Shown here: positions 60,908 through 64,000 of the stretch, in pieces
How positions within the stretch are numbered: position 1 is the first letter of the stretch
How the letters are laid out: each line of letters opens with the position of its first letter
NCBI GenBank assembly: GCA_965198175.1
Contig: OZ240245.1
Span: 3,968,001 to 4,032,000, forward strand
From: Candidatus Poribacteria bacterium
GTDB taxonomy: Bacteria > Poribacteria > WGA-4E > PCPOR2b
Length of the DNA stretch: 64,000 nt
Direction: 5' to 3'
Made by a program: the position numbers and the translations under genes
Notes under the pieces: generated by a model
What the model saw: only the letters and a program-made list of their open reading frames with translations
Database searches by the model: none
Told to the model about the DNA's origin: nothing

Positions 60908-61762
60908 ATGTTCTCTAAGACTGTTGTCACCGCTTTCGTTCTAACGGCTATCGCATTGATGGTCTATCCTGTCAACGTAGCAGAATCCGAAGGATATGTT
61001 GCTAAAGGTCTCATTGGCTATTGGACGATGGATAGAGCAGATATTGATGGGGATACCGTGAAAGATATTTCGGGAAATAACAATCATGGGGAAATTAGTG
61101 GCAATCCCCAAATCGTCCCTGGAAAAATCGGGGAAGCTCTCGATTTTGATGGCGTCGATGATTTTGTAGCTCTGCCGGATTTGGGGCATGAACCCAAAGT
61201 GACGGTGGAAGTCTGGGCGAAAATAGATCGGCCTATTGGAGTTCGAGAGGTTTATGGGCTGGTTTCCACGTTTGGTGTTCCACATCAGATGCCAGGAAGC
61301 GTTGTAACCTTCAGCGTCAGATTCAATGTCGAATTCAATGAAATGTACCTCAGCAGACATGACGAGACTCTCCATACGAGCGGTCGAAGCGGTCCAGTGA
61401 AGCCATATACGTGGTACCACTTCGCCTACACTTGTGACGTAATGAAGCCGGGGCATGAACTCACGTCGTACTATAATGGAAAAGGGGGGCCAAGAAATCT
61501 TGAGTTGGCATTCCAACCCAACCGGGAATTACCAAAAGTTGGAGCGTCACCAATCAACCTCACCCGTCTCAGAATCGGAAGTGAACTCAAGGGCAGATAC
61601 TTTCCAGGTATCCTTGATGAAGTTCGCATCTATAATCGCGCTTTAACACCCGAGGAAATACGGCAAAACTTTGAGTACAGAAACAACGCACGGGTGGTTG
61701 CGGTTGATTCGAAAAGGAAGCTGGCTGTCACCTGGGGTGTGTTGAAGACAACGAAAGATTAG
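60908..61762 (+). CDS. Secreted LamG/ConA-like protein 6
   Basis: AAGGAGG RBS; signal peptide; GYWTMD, GKIGEALDFDG, WYHFAYT, FPGILDEVRIYNRAL; C-terminal AVDSKRKLAVTWGVLK. Confidence 0.92.
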   Translation: MFSKTVVTAFVLTAIALMVYPVNVAESEGYVAKGLIGYWTMDRADIDGDTVKDISGNNNHGEISGNPQIVPGKIGEALDFDGVDDFVALPDLGHEPKVTVEVWAKIDRPIGVREVYGLVSTFGVPHQMPGSVVTFSVRFNVEFNEMYLSRHDETLHTSGRSGPVKPYTWYHFAYTCDVMKPGHELTSYYNGKGGPRNLELAFQPNRELPKVGASPINLTRLRIGSELKGRYFPGILDEVRIYNRALTPEEIRQNFEYRNNARVVAVDSKRKLAVTWGVLKTTKD

Positions 61763-61774
61763 ATGTCTGTGAAC

Positions 61775-61949
61775 CCATCTTGGCAGACAACAAACCACTT
61801 TGCCTCACAATTCTGTCGGGTTGAACCAAAGGGCAATCTCGACCTCAGCGATTTGACTGATTCGACATCCATTCGCTGAGGTCGAGATTGCCCTTTGGTT
61901 CAACCCGACAGAATTGTGAGGCAAAGTGGTTTGTTGTCTGCCAAGATGG
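61775..61949. repeat. Perfect inverted repeat, 77-bp arms, 21-nt spacer
   Basis: 61775-61851 is the exact reverse complement of 61873-61949. Confidence 0.95.
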
Positions 61950-62030
61950 ATGTCGAATCAGTCAAACCCACATCTACCTTCAGCAGAGTTAGAACGTTAG
62001 CAGCAGCGATTAAAGGAGCAGAGAAATACC

Positions 62031-62478
62031 ATGAAAGAAATTACAATTGGCATTATTGGCGCTGGCGCAATCGCGAAAGGGAAACATCTGCCGGGTCACC
62101 GAGACATCGAAGGGGTTTCCGTCATCGCAGTGTGCGACATAGATGAAGAGAGGGCGAGGCATTTCGCCCAAGAACACGAGATTGAACATTTTTTCACCGA
62201 CTACCATCAACTGATTGCGATGCCTGAAATTGATGCAGTCAGCGTTTGCACCCGAAAATCTGTACGCTGAACCAACAATCACCGCGCTGAAGGCGGGCAA
62301 ACATGTAATCTGCGAGAAGCCGCTTGCTGGCAACGCTGAAGATGGACAAGCCATGGTCAACGCCCAAATGGTATCGGGAAAAGTGCTTCAGATTTGGATA
62401 CAATCCCGTTTTGGGAAAGCTGCGAGGGCGTTGCGTAAGTTTTACAAAGAAGGATTCTTTGGTGACGATGGTAAGTAA
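62031..62478 (+). pseudogene. Gfo/Idh/MocA oxidoreductase 5' fragment, frameshifted near 62252 and cut at the duplication junction
   Basis: GIIGAGAIA...DAVSVCT, frameshift, then ALKAGKHVICEKP...GFFGD and stop. Confidence 0.85.
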
Positions 62479-62709
62479 AACAGGTTGTGACATCTCGGTG
62501 AATTTGGCACATATCGAGAAGCAATCTTTTTGCCCTAAACGGTGCATGTTTTTCTGCCAACTTACACCAAATGGTGCAAACGTACTCAATGAAGTAGGAG
62601 ATAGAAAAAATGCTCTGCACCGTTTCAAAAAGGACACAACTAATGTCAGCACCTGTTCAAAGCCAAACGTCAAAGCACGCCGAAACTAGGTGTATAAAAA
62701 CGTAAAGAT

Positions 62710-62726
62710 TTGGCATATTTATTGCG
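62710..62726 (+). promoter_or_regulatory. Sigma-54 (-24/-12) promoter, LamG gene 7
   Basis: TTGGCATATTTATTGC, identical to the copy at 60809. Confidence 0.75.
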
Positions 62727-62806
62727 GCAGTATGCAGCAGATTGAGAGGAACCGGTCCAACTGCTAGACAACTGAAGCGTATCTCCAAAGACTAAGGAGG
62801 ATTAAA

Positions 62807-63622
62807 ATGTTCTTTAAGACTGTTGTCACCGCTTTCGTTTTAACGGCTATCACATTGATGATCTATCCTGTCAACGCAGCAGAATCTGAGGAATTTGTTA
62901 CTAGGAACCTCATTGGCTATTGGACGATGGATAGAGCAGATATTGATGGGGATACCGTGAAAGATATTTCGGGAAATAACAATCATGGGGAAATTAGGGG
63001 CAATCCTCAAATCGTCCCTGGAAAAATCGGGGAAGCTCTCGATTTTGATGGTGTCGATGATTTTGTAGCCCTGCCGGATTTGGGGCATGAACCCAAAGTG
63101 ACGGTGGAAGTCTGGGCGAGAGGAGATCGATTTTTCAGGGTTCATGGGCTGGTTTCCACGTTTGGTGTTCCACATCAGCTGCCTGGGGGCGTTGTGACCT
63201 TCAGCGTTAGATTCAATCGAATTGACCTCAGCATAAAGGACAAGGGTGGATACACAAACCTCATAGGCGGTTCAGTGAAGCCATATACGTGGTACCACTT
63301 CGCATATACTTCTGACGTCAGGAAGCCGGGGCATGAACTCACGCGGTACATTAATGGATGGGGGCCGCCGCCATCTGATTTTTTTGAGAGAGCAGCTTTA
63401 AACATTGGAGCGTCACCAATCAACCTGACCCGTCTCAGAATCGGAAGTGAGCTCAAGGGCAGATACTTTCCAGGCATCCTTGATGAAGTTCGCATCTATA
63501 ATCGTGCTTTAACGCCTGAGGAGATACGGCAAAACTTTGAATACAGAAACAACGCACAGGTGGTGGATGCGAGAAGGAAATTAGCTGTCACTTGGGGTGT
63601 GTTGAAGACAACGAAACATTAG
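62807..63622 (+). CDS. Secreted LamG/ConA-like protein 7
   Basis: Paralog of protein 6; C-terminal VVDARRKLAVTWGVLK. Confidence 0.92.
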   Translation: MFFKTVVTAFVLTAITLMIYPVNAAESEEFVTRNLIGYWTMDRADIDGDTVKDISGNNNHGEIRGNPQIVPGKIGEALDFDGVDDFVALPDLGHEPKVTVEVWARGDRFFRVHGLVSTFGVPHQLPGGVVTFSVRFNRIDLSIKDKGGYTNLIGGSVKPYTWYHFAYTSDVRKPGHELTRYINGWGPPPSDFFERAALNIGASPINLTRLRIGSELKGRYFPGILDEVRIYNRALTPEEIRQNFEYRNNAQVVDARRKLAVTWGVLKTTKH

Positions 63623-63796
63623 ATGTCATTAAACCCACTCTCGCGGGCGACAAGATGCTTTGAATCCCGATTCTGTCGGGTTGAACGGAAGGGCGATCTA
63701 TACCTCCGCAGTTTGGTGTCGAATGTCTAAGACCTACATCTACCTTCAGCACAGTTAGAACGTTAGCAGCAGAGTTCGAAGGAGAATAGAATTATC

Positions 63797-64000
63797 ATGA
63801 AAGAAATTACAATTGGCATTATTGGCGCTGGCGCAATCGCGAAAGGGAAACATCTGCCGGGTCACCGAGACATCGAAGGGGTTTCCGTCATCGCAGTGTG
63901 CGACATAGATGAAGAGAGGGCGAGGCATTTCGCCCAAGAACACGAGATTGAACATTTTTTCACCGACTACCATCAACTGATTGCGATGCCTGAAATTGAT
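63797..64000 (+). CDS. Gfo/Idh/MocA oxidoreductase, 5' part (runs off the window; may also be a pseudogene)
   Basis: AAGGAG RBS; MKEITIGIIGAGAIAKGKHLPG; identical to 62031-62234. Confidence 0.8.
   Translation, partial: MKEITIGIIGAGAIAKGKHLPGHRDIEGVSVIAVCDIDEERARHFAQEHEIEHFFTDYHQLIAMPEID

Larger units (their letters stand above)
60559..64000 (+). repeat. Recent tandem duplication, period 1,899 bp (unit A 60559-62457, unit B 62458 to window end)
   Basis: Alignable upstream regions, LamG starts at 60908 and 62807, identical Gfo/Idh/MocA 5' ends. Confidence 0.95.

Noticed and set aside
60908..63622. Diversity-generating retroelement (TR/VR pair)
   Set aside because: No reverse transcriptase in the window; both copies are full genes; differences involve all bases and indels

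Overview
64-kb bacterial chromosomal segment, probably from Candidatus Poribacteria or a relative. This is an inference from the many secreted LamG/ConA-like proteins ending in V-x-P-x-x-K-L-A-x-x-W-x-x-[IL]-K and a protein ending in an LLQNYPNPFNPETWIPY domain. Core content: ABC ATPase + TolC, membrane-bound speE, mazG, M24/M28 peptidases, the tRNA cluster-tadA-large SRP RNA-dnaX-ybaB-recR block (six tRNAs, including all four Ser isoacceptors), two acetamidases, PolX-PHP, rhomboid-TPR, UPF0182, an NtrC-like regulator, three glycosyltransferases, GGT and potA. Accessory content: two decaying defence regions and seven LamG genes in two tandem arrays. Strongest novel signals: (1) a recent 1,899-bp tandem duplication whose two LamG genes share a near-identical framework but differ radically in three discrete loop segments, each gene behind a sigma-54 promoter with enhancer-like sites; (2) a shared C-terminal motif on all seven LamG proteins, a candidate sorting signal; (3) a conserved, apparently structured 5' leader ahead of three LamG genes; (4) a ~75-aa module inserted twice in-frame inside UPF0182; (5) a 77-bp-arm perfect palindrome with a template-switch signature. 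Family assignments come from motif recognition only; no searches were run.
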